Assembly (NCBI RefSeq): GCF_000150275.1
Contig: NW_002060948.1
Coordinates: forward strand, 4,882,336-4,946,335
DNA length: 64,000 nt
DNA from: Trichoplax adhaerens
Taxonomy: Eukaryota > Animalia > Placozoa
Direction of reading: 5' to 3'
Shown here: positions 28,701-42,214 of the stretch, piece after piece
Numbering within the stretch: the stretch's first letter is position 1
Layout of the letters: every line of letters begins with the position of its first letter
The notes under the pieces: model-generated
What the model saw: only the letters and a program-made list of their open reading frames with translations
The model's database searches: none
Told to the model about the DNA's origin: nothing
Program-made: the position numbers and the translations under genes

Positions 28701-31700
28701 GTAAAATAACAAGATTGTCAACGTCACATGTAGTCAAATATTATACTTAGTAATTGTCCAATTGACATGATCACGGGAAAAATAGAGCTCACCGCTATGA
28801 AAAAATGATCATTGTATGATACGACAATGCATTACTATATCGATATTACCTACAACTATCATTGATACAGAAGAATAAATTGATCATACAGAATTGATCA
28901 TTTTTCTAGATAGATAGAGTTTAATCGGTTAATAGACGAAGATGATGACACAACCTTCTTGCCATAGTGGTATAAAAAATGAGTAAAAAAATAATGATGA
29001 CAAATAACAATAATAATATCAGTGTAAAGGAAATAAAAACTAGCTATGGAAATTGATCGCGGTGGCATCAAAAGTGTATTAATGTGTGGGACATTCAGTA
29101 ATTAAAAGTAAGCAAACACAAGTGGTCTATTGAGAGAAAATGAGTAGGAAATGACTTGCTAATTTGATGAATATAGCATCCACATTGGATATGAATCGAT
29201 TACCATGATAGCAATCTCTTTCACATAAATAGAAAATGGATTTTAAATGGGTCAGCGCATTGGTTTGATTGAAAATACATTTAAAAAAAATTGAAAGATC
29301 ACTATCAAACAGTGTAAATAATATTACGACGCATCTTATTAACAATATTGTCCTGTTCCATCTAATTAAGGATTGAACCATTCTTATCGAAGGGTTATTT
29401 GATGAGAATTTTAACCCATGAAACTTTCGGTAACAGAAAAAACAACCGTATAATTATATCTCATGTTTTCTCATACTGGTAAGGGGCCCATTTTCGCCGA
29501 CTTTAGCTTTATTGATAAAGTGAAGAAATGTGAAGTATCTAGGATAGAGTGGGGAAAATACACTCAACACTTAAAATAGCGATGATAAATCATTGAAAAA
29601 AAATTCTAGAAAAATGTCATCTGCTTACTTTATCGAGGATGATGAATAAATCAATTTCAAAGAAATAAAAGTGTAGACAATCCAATATCTTTATTTATCG
29701 TATCGATATCTAACAGTACCTGTAAGACGAAGTTCAGTCTTTTCAGTTTTGATATTGATCCCAACAGGCAAATCCGTTAGGAGATAGAAAAAGAGCGTCG
29801 TCTTCGTCGATTACAAGATTAAACTTGAAATTGGCACGATGCCTATAGTATGATGATTTGGTTACAAAAATAGTTCAATATGGCATTAGTTGTTGTAAAA
29901 GATGAATTGATTTCTCTCTTCTGAAATATCATGGTAGTGGTACAAAAAGCAAAAATTCTTGATAAAAATACACGTAGTGAATCCACTGTATTAAGTCAAA
30001 GCAATATTTCAAAGTGTTTAATCGATCAGATTATCGTCAGTAGGTTACTTTGTACCGTCAGTAATTTAATCAATTTTGTAGTGCTACTGAAATAAAATGA
30101 TTCGTTTGAACGTTGATGGACATCTTAACCATTGTACGAGTACTATTATGCACATAATCTTGGAATTAAAAGGTTGATATGGTGAACGAATACGAAACCA
30201 CATTGTAAGGTATTAAAGTAGAGTAAATCGACTCGATTTGAAACAAAATAATAATATCTCATTTACAGCATAATACTTTAAATCTAAAGCCAATTCATCA
30301 AGATTGCTGCAATCGTTTTAGGGATAGAATCACCAGTACTTGATATGCCATTTACCTAACTATCGCTATATCATAGACTAGAGTCAAAAGGTACTTTTGA
30401 TGATAACCGTGCATTTGTTTTTTCCATTTTCAATTTTTTTTCCCTCACTCTCTTTCTTTATTCCTTTTCAAACAACATAATTAATCATACGGTAAAAGCT
30501 GAACTAAATTTATTAAGCTACCATAAAACTGATCATTCAAAAATACGTCTAATCATTGATTTAAGGTAACTTGAGATTGGAAGAAATTAACCTTTTGAGA
30601 AATTGTCTACTTATTAGGCATTAAATATTCGTCTTGTTCAATCATTTCTTGATATAACAATGTAATGGCAGTCATGACTTAGGATATGACTATAAGTTTA
30701 AGATTTATCTAACACAAGAAGTCACTATGAGGCAATTGGGATAAAAATCTTATGCTACTCACTATGGTAGTCTACTTTCAACATATTGAAAAGATTAAAA
30801 AATTCAGTCTATCAATAAGTAACGATATCCTCTAAATCATGAAAATAACTTTTTATCTTCAAACGTATTAAAATGAACAGACGTTTTTTTAGAAAAAAAG
30901 AAAGGGAAAAAAAGAAAAATAGTGGATAAGAGGTAAATTAAAGAGATTAATTTTCGCAGTTTACCGACATAATCATTTAAGACAAGGACGAATGCAATTT
31001 ACCGTAGTCAATACGACATAGATTAAATCTTATTAGACAACTTTTGGGGGGATATTCGATCTGATGTGATCTATTTTGTGTTTAAAAAATCGTTTGTACT
31101 GTAATCTAGTATTAGATTGAAATAGATATTACAGTCTTTTTTCTATCATTTTATTTTAACAGTATTGAAATAAATGTAGATATTTTAAATAACATTTCAA
31201 GACCAGTTTTATTAGTCAGAGTAAGTACATTATCGACATACCTAGAAGATGGATATAGACAGAGTCTGAAGGAAAAAACGGCAAATGTTACCACTGCCAC
31301 CTTATGTAGACGTTTACTATATATGCTAAAGTAAGAAGTGACAACTGACGTTTAATTGAATTGGCCAACAACAGTTAAGAGAGTAGACTAAAGTATGCCG
31401 TGATAATGTCATTATGTTGATTAATTTATGTTAAGTTCAATATTGTTGTATAATTATTGTTGACTTTACTACTAGCTAAATCGTCAGTCATCGATTGTAC
31501 ATATTTCAATAGTGTAAAGTTACACAAACTATCCAATTATTATCAACAATCATAACAGGGAAGAAAAAAGATAAAAGGTATACATACATAGACACAGACT
31601 TAATTGTATCCAACGTTACTACAGCATTCAAGTAGCAGTAGCGGAATATATATTGTCTACTTTACTCATGTTAAAATTAACGTAATAGTAAGAAGAAATG

Positions 31701-34700
31701 ATTAGCCATCATCGCGGTAGTGCTCTATTTAAATACGGACATGACAAAGCGATGCCATACTGTGTTCTAAAGAGACTCTATGCTCATAGTGTGTCCTATT
31801 CTGTATTCATTGACTTGGTTCAACGAGTTTAAAGAAATTTCTTAGCCAAATTTGAAACACTTTCCTCTCTTTTACTTCAAAAGTCCATCTTTTTACTCTG
31901 TCTTATAAGGATTATATACCGTAATAATACATTTCTATGTATTATTCGAAATTTCCTCTATTATCAATATAATTTCCGCAAATAAGAGTCTATTTCTATC
32001 CTAGGAAATCAATTGCATTATAGACCCTAATTATTCAAAAATAAAGTGAAATGGATAAAATCTTCATCTCAACTTTGTGCTATTTTGATGCCTACTTGAT
32101 CATTTAACTTATAAAGTTAAATAATCTATTTTATTTTTCTTCTTTCAATTTTTCCTTCATAACATGCCAATGAAATGTATACTCTTTCTATTGTACTTCT
32201 TCTAACTTCTTTGCTTCATTAAGTGGTCCATTTTGATTGAGTATATGAGGAATTACAATTTAAGTTGTTAGTCTAATTTTGAACTCAACGTTCAGTACTA
32301 AGTACTGTTTTACATCCTCTAGAATTGTAATGGTTAATGTGTAACTGTGCCCTATCCGTTCATCAACAGTGTAATAAAATGATAATTTTCCACTTATTAT
32401 TTTGAACAAACTCATCATCTTCTGAGTAGATTAGTCTTCACAACGATATATTGGCTAATTTAAAGAAGCATTTGCTTGGATCAACTTATTCAAGACTAGC
32501 GCACGTTCGTGAAGAAGATATTTTGTGATGCGATGACTGAGTCAACAAATCCTGAACTTTCCCTATACCATATAATACATATAATTTTAACCCCATATCC
32601 TCAAGCTATTGTTTCAGTTAGAACTAATATCAAGACTTTGTCTACTAAGTGCTATACTGTAATTGACATTAATGTAGCCAACGCATCATCAGTATAAAGT
32701 GTTAGAATGTATCTACACTATTATTTTTTACTATTTTTCATCCCAAGTTCGTCAAAAGTGAGTTCTGTACACGGACAACAAATCGGATACGCTCTCTCTC
32801 TCCATCTTCAAATATTGATTCCATCATCATAGAATGGACTCGATCCACTCGATAATCGTATTGCAAGTTTAATTTTTGATTCTTTTTTATAACTTCTTTC
32901 TTATTGGATGGTAGAATGTCAATAAAAGATGCTGTAATTTGTGAATAGTCCTTCTAATAGGTACCTAGGCTAGGTTGATATTACAAGATAAGTTGTATGG
33001 ATAAATTGTAGATACACGTTAGTCAAGTCGCGGCATCAGCATTGCATGGAGTAATTGATGACTAGGATAGGATATACAATCTTGAAGTGAACTACCTTAC
33101 AATGGATTGATTAAATTATTCGAATTTATTCCACACGACAGTCATATTATCGTTTATTGTACGACTGGATAAGTTAAAAACCCATAACATGCCACCTAGG
33201 GTAGACGTCATGTGGGTAGACAAAGACTACAGCCAAGTATCATCAATGACCGCGGCAAAGTACATGATGGGACCACCATTACATTCCATCGTTTCTATTA
33301 TAATGATGGTGATGATGATTATTTACCTTTGCTTTAGTGGTAAAGGAATACGTAGTATATTATCGTTGTTTCAATTTTCAACTAACCCCTAGAAAGTCAT
33401 AACTAGATGGCAGACATTATTTTGCTTAGTCTGTTTTCATCTCTAGCCAAGTCTATACAAACGCTCAATGTCGTTGTAACTGACAAAATCTTCATTGGCT
33501 TTATATTATTATTCTTTTTTTTTCCAATTCTAGTTTTACATGATTAAAGGATGACTAACTACAATTTGAATGACTAGTTCTAAATCACATTGATAATCAT
33601 CAGTTGAAATATATCACAGTAGGCGCTATTGTTATCATATGCATGCTCGTCTTTTGTCAAGGAAATAATCCAGCCGACCGATGTCGTATTCAATCAAAGG
33701 AATGATTAAATTCATGGCAATAACGTTATTATGTGTATAAAGTAATTATTTTTCTCAACTCATTACACCTTCATTTTAATCTAATAACCATAACATATTG
33801 CAGATTGTTTCACCAATCTTATCTTAGTCCTCTATTTTTCTCCCTTTTTGACAATATAATCAGTTCAAATCAACACGAATTAATTTCAGACTTTGCTCGG
33901 TAAATAATACAAATTTTGAAGCATTAAGAATCAGTACAATAATTAGACTATAAAATCCTATCATAGGAAGTGAATGGGTCTATGGTAGTGCCTGTAGACA
34001 ACATGTATATCACACGATGGAGGAAATGGCTAGTTTTTCTAATAAAATTAATTGACAAGCGGTAAACTATAGTCATGGTTATTTTAATCGCTTACAACTT
34101 ACCACTGATAACAGATTTTATCAATTAGGTCTATACCAAGCTAGTGCTGTGATAAAATTGCAACTGAGAAAATAGCTCAACGCAGTAGACTTGATTTTAA
34201 ATCATTTTTACATTAATCTCTGTATGCTGCTAATAGTATTATAAAGAATAGCCGTTCCATAAGAATTCTAAAATAACGTTTATCATCAATATTAACAAAT
34301 TCATGTTGATTCAAATTGGCTGTGAAGAATTGTAATTGCTTTGATATTTTTTACTCTGAAATAGACTGATGAGCATAATATATCCATGGATAACAATACA
34401 TATTCTACGCGTATGTTGCTATTGTCAAGATTTTACACACAATATAGGGCTACTATACTTTCCACTTATGATTCTATATCACATGCGCGATAGAGAGTTG
34501 TCTTTATTTTCAATGTTTTCAACACGTTTCTATCATTCGATTGAACAAATTAAGAGTCGTTAGAATCAGTTAATTGTCTCTATTCCAGACGATTTGAACT
34601 TTATAATCTTCTCTTAAAAAATTAGCCCTTATTCAACTAATAGTTTAAACCAATCTGAATCGTCGGTTGAAATAAAATTCGATGTTAAGCCAATGGGCTA

Positions 34701-37700
34701 TATCGAAAACGAAATCAAAGACGTAAATTATTTGAAATACTGATTTTTAATATCATTATGAATATAATTACTCGAAATAGATTTAAAAATGAAGAAAAAC
34801 ACTTTGAAAATTTTTTCTTAAGTGTTGCTTTCATACTGTACCTTGTAAATTCTTACCTTGAATTTCATCCTTTTTGGCACAATTTAATTGCTAGTATTGA
34901 CTGGAATAAAGTTTACATTATAACTAAAAAATGGAAGTCCTTGGAGCAAGAAATAAAATCCACTACGATTTTTTTGAAACTCCTTTCAAGTATATTGCTT
35001 CAATTCTTCAATGTATTATAATAATATTTGACTTTAATTTGTTAGTAATACGCTCAGCTAACCGATGTATTCATTATACTGTATATAATTATTTGTGTTT
35101 ACAATTTATATCGTAATCTAATGTATAAGTATTTTAATCTGATCAATATTTTTTGTTCAACTAGTTATTACACTTTATCTTGAGTAATCATGATGAAAGA
35201 TGAAAATTTGACCACAATAACAATATCCAGAGATGGAATGAGTTCCATTTTATCTGATATGTTGTCAGATTAGTCAAATTTTTCCTACATAATCAACATT
35301 ACTTTACCGTATTGATTAAAAACAAATTTAAACGTTACGCAATATGCTAATATTGTATAGTATCTGTTGTTCATTATTTGCATAACTTAACATTGACTCC
35401 ATTTCTTATTATACATACGATGCTAATCATTTATTAGCAATATTTGCTTCCCTTAAAACAACTCTTTGTGATCATCATCTGCGTTAACAATAGTTTTAAT
35501 TCACTTGTCTTATTTGCTAAAATATCAGTGATCCATGATATAAAGATCTTGCATCGTAATGAACGGCATATGTATACTGAATTCATGGATCCTGGCACGA
35601 TCAGTACCAAATTTCTCAACCAAATACTAGACATTGATTATGAAATTGACCATTTTGCGGCAATAATTAATGGCATATGATCATTACGTATTTTGATTAT
35701 TATGGTGATGCCTATGACCAATAAATGATAAATAATTAATTAAGGTACTATACTTTCTAACCTTGACTAAGCGATTGTAATGCAGTGAAAATTACATTGT
35801 TAAGAAGTGCATGAAAGATAGATTTGATCAATTTGATATGGCGTAGACAGTCGGCTTATTGTAGACTACACAGCCTTTAGTAATAAAGTTGATCAGAGCA
35901 TCTAGCTAGATCTATCGTTTAATAGCACCAACAAATGATAAGATGGTCGAATAGAAATTAATAATTAGTTGATATTGTCAATATACATAAAAACTGTATG
36001 CAGGGTTTGAGCTTTGTTTCTTTGAAGGTCATAATCTACAATTAATTAATCAGCCATTGTTTAGAACATTGTACGCTCACGATAATGAGATATAATATTA
36101 AAGCAGGCAGAATTATTAAAAATAATTATTATAGACAGACGTCCAAATGATTAACTAGACAGACATCAACTTTTAAATAGACCGTGTGAAAGGATAATTT
36201 TTTAATTTCAAATGAAGGGCTACCTCACTTGATAAGTAGAGTACTACCAGTGTGATAGCAACCGTAAATCGTAATTATTTTAATTACAATATTCAAGGAT
36301 TAATTTAACCTGACTTAACTGTAGCTTCGTATACGAATATATAGTATGATACCTTGTTAAAGATGTCAAAATACAACAGTGCCATTAGCTATGCAGTGGA
36401 CAATAATTTCCTACTTCCTAAAGCAATTTCTACAGAACTGCATTTATAATCATCTGTTCTTTTATAATAGTGTGATTTACACTTCTGTATAGTGTAGACA
36501 ACTTCTTTTAGGTTAATACATAGAGAGCACTATACTCCTCAGTAAGTGACATTGCTAGGGTATAATCAGGCAAAATATTATTAAAACAAATATAACTCAA
36601 AGGTGAGAACAAAGCCATTAAATTAATTAAAAACCACAACGATAGTGCCGGATCCTTTCGTCAACGTGTGAGTAGCATGGATTGATCATGCAACCGGTAA
36701 CCTTTTGATAAAGCCCTCCGGTCATAATTCGTCTACAACACTAACAGCGAACTAGAAAATCGAAATTCTTCAATCTGAATTTTCACTGATCGAATTTCTA
36801 AATTGGTACATTCTAGAATCTACCTTGTCAATGAGATATTCGATAAAAATATTTAAAAATTTTCCTTTTTAGCAATGAATAGCTGAAAATGTAAAGCGAC
36901 TAGCTTTAAATGATAATTCAGATGCTTTAAAAATATAGCAATAGAATTACTTGTTCAATTGAACGTCCATTTCGCTCCATTACATAAGATAAAAAGAATC
37001 GTAGTATACGATGCCATATATTCCTTGAATATTTTGCCCCATATTTGCTACTGTTAATACCTAAATGTTTATCCAATACTGAGACTAAGATGCACTCTTA
37101 AATAATGACGCTAGATTAAGGATGATTGATTAAATACAGTAGATTAGGAGTGCACCATAAGCAATTCAAGATTACCATTTTATTGATTTTAACTTGCAAA
37201 CAATTGAGCGATAGCTAGTATACTACAATAGCATTTCTCGATTTTAGATTATAATGAAAGTATTGCTTTCATACGTACTATATATATCGAAAAAGAGGGA
37301 ATGGGCAAGTAAGTGATTTGTGTGACTTGAGTGGTAGAGCGCAATAGATTGATTACCCCGTGTTATTGCTAGCTTACACCAGAGACAATATTATTTTGTA
37401 ATTCATTTAAATCCACTGATATATAGCGTGAATATACTTGTAGCTATGTACTACACATACAATAATATTCAGAAGATTATCAGAATATTGGCTAGCTCTT
37501 TCTTTTTTTTGCGTTAGAGGACAGATCATACCGTACGTGATCCTAAAGCGTTTGGAATAGTTAAAATCGCATAGGTTTGTATAGTGCCAGTTGCTACAAT
37601 AGTTTCAGGTTACTGTGAAGAAATGTATCCAAGTTTAATATCTGCTCATAACTAGAATACTGTGAATATCACTATCTGGATTCTACTGTATTGTATATCA

Positions 37701-38569
37701 AGTTCAAAGAGGCAAAGAAGAATGAACTTGTTCTACTGTTCTGATGACTTTTGTACAGTTACATTACAAGCTAAATTGAGATCAGCCGTCTTTCATAGTA
37801 AATTCCGAAGAGCCTTCCATGTGATATATTGTAATACGATGCTCCTTTCGAAAGCAAACCTTAAAACTCAATTTCAAAATGTGATCTTGCTTGTAAAGAG
37901 TTTATGATATTACATAGTACATAGTAGATCAGTATTAGTTAGTGTAGATATTAAAACAGTTTAATAATTCTCATATCTAAAATTATAATTTAGTTACAAG
38001 AATAGACATGTCAGGGAGAAAGGTTAGAGCATATAAATTAAATTTAAGTGATGAAGGGTATTAAGACATGTTCTGTTTTATAGCCCAATTCATAGAACAG
38101 TAGAGGAAGTTATTGCTTGTACTGTAGCCATATACAATTTGGCTTGAAGTCATCGTTCCAGACATCACAAGGTTTTCTACATATATTTGTAGTTATTAAT
38201 TGTGACCATTAAATAATTGATTACTGAAATGCAGTCTTCATTTAAATAAACCATAATAGTAAGAAATTGAGTCAAAATCATGATAAGTCCGAGAAATTTT
38301 AAATAAATAAATAAAATTGCTGTAGTAGTAAAATTTACAAGGGTGCCATAAATAGTACAGTAATGACCGTATACACCTCATGGCTGTAAATATGGTATTA
38401 AAGTAAGTAGATCATAATCCAGCAGGTTTCCTATATTCTATACAACACAATTGATTGTATGTGTATTATCATCTTCGTTTGTGTATAATAAAACATAAGA
38501 AAGGGTCAATTTAAAATTTTATCTTTATAAAATGGATATATAAAATGTTATGGGTTAGAATTTAGCAAG

Positions 38570-41537
38570 TTAGTTATGATTAGCTCGGCCGCCGTTCATA
38601 TATTCCATCCACCTTTTAGCTATTCTTGCAAATAAAGGGTCCTCTTCAATAGTATCAATATGTAACAGTTGGCTGATATGAAGAGCATGATAAGTACTTC
38701 GGGCAATAATCGGCTCAGCCTTTATAACTACATGGCGCAAATCGTAAAAAGTGTCAGAACCTGCATCATATAAAGGAAGGAGGTTCTTTAACGTTCTGAT
38801 TCCATCACGATACAATTCAGCAGCATCGCTAGTTATATTATGGGCATTGACATCTTCAACAGCAGATTTAAGGTCATAAAGACCGAAAAGGGAATAAATA
38901 AAGCCGTTTAATACTAGCAGTGGTATTTTGGTAGGATATTCTTCATAGAATTTATAAGTACCAAATACAGTGGCAAGTACACCACCTTCACTTGCTGGTA
39001 TGTGGAAAGGCTTTGTTGCTAATAGCGCCGTTCGTAGGTATTTGTACTCTTTGGTCAAGTGAAACGCTCTGGTCAAGGTCGACATTGCTTGTCCTTGGGC
39101 CATAGCAGAGTACCATCCTGGCTTTAGGGTTAGAGTCAGTTTATTTATTTTATGACTAACACTGACGGGCCAGCCGCCACTTCTATCTTGGTTGGCGACT
39201 AACCAATTTGCAGCATCTATAAAGAAATCTTTATCGGCACTATCCACCAAGCTGAGTTTTCCTAACAAGCCACTTCCTTGTAATGTCACTGCATCCACAG
39301 AAATCAAGGCAGCTTTCTTAGACAATGCACCTTTTCGAGAGCCCTTTCGTCTCCGTTCTAGTAAAAGAGCTTTACATAGGTCGATTTCAAGATCTCTAGT
39401 GATTCTAGAGAGGACATTTCGTGTACCTATGCCGTATATGACAGTTTTGGATCGTTCAGAAAAGCTAACGCCTACCTTTGCAGTACTGTAGCGGATTGTA
39501 AACTGCTGCTGTCGTTTCGTAGTAACTAGAAAGGAAATGCTTCCTGATCCTTTGAATTGAACTTCAAATCTAGCAATGAACCGTTTAAAGCTTGACTGCA
39601 TATTTAACGACATCGCTTTGGAAGAATCTGCATAAGGATTGATATAGAGAGAAATGGATTATTGTTAGTGCATCATCTCGTATATATAATAGCATTATAA
39701 CGAAGCGAGTGTCAGGTGGATATGATGGTATGTATATTATACACATATATGATCAAAAATTTTCTCAACATAGTACAGTATATCCCAACCCATATTTGTT
39801 TTTTTGCATGGAAACATTGTAAGAATAATACTTGGGAGCTAAGATAGAAGCAAAACATTTGTCTGCTAAAAGGCTTACTGAAATGCTAGATTTAATACAC
39901 TTATCCAGTAAGATGCTCATTCAAAAATAATTGACGACACATTTTACAAACTAATGCAATTTCCTAAAAGAGCTTCTATGATATCATTATTTTAACAAGT
40001 AAAACGTTGTTAGCGATACAGTATTTACTGCAGACTATCAACAGTTTTATTCATCGTTAGCTGGAAAAGATTGTATTACGGCACTGGTGTTGTGGTAGAA
40101 ATGCAATAGGGTAGGGTAGAGTACTAACTAAAAAGAATCAATGGCTCCAGTTTAAGGATAATATGAATGCTTCTTTGCACTAATGTTTATTATGTCTGGT
40201 CAACATCAAGTTCCAATGCAGACGGGTTTGAGCAAAGTGGACGATAATAACGTAACAGCTGTATGATCTCCTACAGAGCTACAGTATACTGTCTGTATGC
40301 CTTTGAGAATTGTAGCATGATAAAGCTATAGAGTAGATTAGTGAGCAAGTTTCGACTGAAAGCTTGGAAATACTCAATCAATCGATGGGTTCAGTATACC
40401 TGGAAATGGTATAGTCGTCTATTTTAACTCGTCTAGAAGAGAAAAGTGATGTACAGTATATGGTTCAAAGTTCATAGATTGCATTTGCTAGTAGGTTAAA
40501 CTGGAGCTACTCTGTGACTATTGTACTGTATGATCATAGGTTGGCTAAAAGCAGATTATGGAAAAAGGAGTTGCTTGTTGAATAGTCAATTCTGATAGTA
40601 AAACACAAAGCCTATCAATGGCAAGATGGGGGAAAAATGATAAAACGGATTGACGATTACGATCATGATTATGAATACTATTACAGTCTATCCATGTATC
40701 CGATGGAATGAAGATTTATTTGTATTGTCCTTCAAATAGCTACTAACCACGACTTTGAGCAAATTTCATGACCCGTTTATTGGGTCCATCTACGATAGCA
40801 TCGATACACTGAATTGAGGTAGTTTGATGGACTTTCCAAGTTGAGACTATGTCCATGGATTTGCAATCGAATAGGATACGTTGATTGATTTTGGTCCCAT
40901 TGAGTAATAATCGTGTAAAATGGCTTAATGCAAATTGGCAAATTTGAGTGGGATAGAAATAGCCTTTTTGAGACCACTGAGTGGAGATAGGAACACCAGT
41001 GACACTATCGATATATTTGACTCGCTCTCTCTTTTCCACTTTATAAAAATTAAACCAGGTAAAGGGTCCTTTATAGTTATAACGACCGATTGGATCGACC
41101 ACTCTTGCTTTTCGCTTGCTGATGGACCATACTTTCTCACCATTTAAATTTTGTGATTCTCCAACCCAACCAAATTGGCTGGATAAAAATTCAGCTGGTA
41201 TAAAGACTTTACCATTGAAATTTTTGCCTTGAAATGTCTGCCTATTAAAGTAGTTGATTTTAATGGATTGATGATGATTAACGCATTGATTTGCATTATA
41301 TTCCTTTTGTATAGAATTGGCTCCATTTTGATCTTGGCGTTGTTGCACTTGGATTGAAGATTTAGAATGTTGAGCTTGTTGTTGTTGATGATTCTCCTTG
41401 AAGATTGGGGTATCACTCAACCATTTGATGATATACACCAACAAGAACAACATGAAAAAGATCAAAATACGACGAATACATTGCCTATGACTAGCAAGTC
41501 CTCGCAGAGAAAAGCAACATAATGACTTGATCGACAT
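38570..41537 (-). CDS. GLCE: Heparan sulfate D-glucuronyl C5-epimerase, type II Golgi membrane protein, 615 aa, 2 exons
   Basis: Exons 41537-40748 (donor CGT G|gttagt) and 39627-38570 (acceptor tgcag|AT), joined in phase 1, 1848 nt. N-terminal TM segment ILIFFMLFLLVYIIKWL. Family motifs 'GVPISTQWSQKGYFYPTQICQFALSH', 'WLVANQDRSGGW', 'GWYSAMAQGQAMSTLTRA', 'FYEEYPT...VLNGFIYSLFGLYDL', 'YDLRH' and C-terminal 'GRANHN'. Confidence 0.95.
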
Positions 41538-42037
41538 GAATGCAATTCTTCTTCAAAATAAGGGGAAAGCGAACAACCAAGTCCAAGTGGTCGACTATGA
41601 TGTCTTGATGATCTCACTTGGCATGGGATGTTGAATGGGACGAGGGGGGCAAAAAGGAAAAAATCAATCACTCAATGCAAAAGAAAGAACAAGATGATCC
41701 GTTTGCCTTTCTCTGTCGACTCCAAGCCAATGTCAATCCCAATTCGATGACTGTGGCTAGTTGTTTCTTTAAGCTCCACTAGTAGCAATGAAAAAGGGGC
41801 AAAAAAAAGGAAATGCAATCTTATTGATTGATCAATCTTTGTCTGCTACGACCTGCTCAACGCGTAGTATTGGTATACAAGGCGCGTGGACATACAATAA
41901 CAGCTATAGTAATAGTAGGCAAATATTTTCGAATTGGGAAATGGATCAGTCCTGCCGTCCGGCAGTACGGTACTCATCTGACTCATACTGTGCGCTCGTG
42001 TGCAGTCGTCTCACCTGCGTGATGACGTTATTTTTCA

Positions 42038-42090
42038 NCTNNNNNNNNNNNNNNNNNNNNNNNNNNNNNNNNNNNNNNNNNNNNNNNNNN
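42038..42090. other. Assembly gap
   Basis: N at 42038 and 50 Ns at 42041-42090. Confidence 0.99.
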
Positions 42091-42214
42091 TCATCCACTG
42101 CGCAATGCAGTGCGCATCCTGCAATGGACGATGTACAACGATTGCATGATGAATGCATTCGGACATGCAATCGATTGTATTGATTTGAACAGCTTGTTGA
42201 TTTAGGCCAGTTAC

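Noticed and set aside
10324-37907. Short hydrophobic ORFs in RERE introns and the desert (e.g. 12680-13090, 15063-15419, 18773-19168, 33189-33392, 34758-35021)
   Set aside because: I/L/F/Y/N-rich composition typical of random AT-rich frames, with no domains and no phase-consistent exon chains.
39192-39491. Antisense ORFs overlapping real exons (also 7074-7346, 47570-47767, 52270-52506)
   Set aside because: These are shadow frames of genuine coding sequence on the opposite strand.
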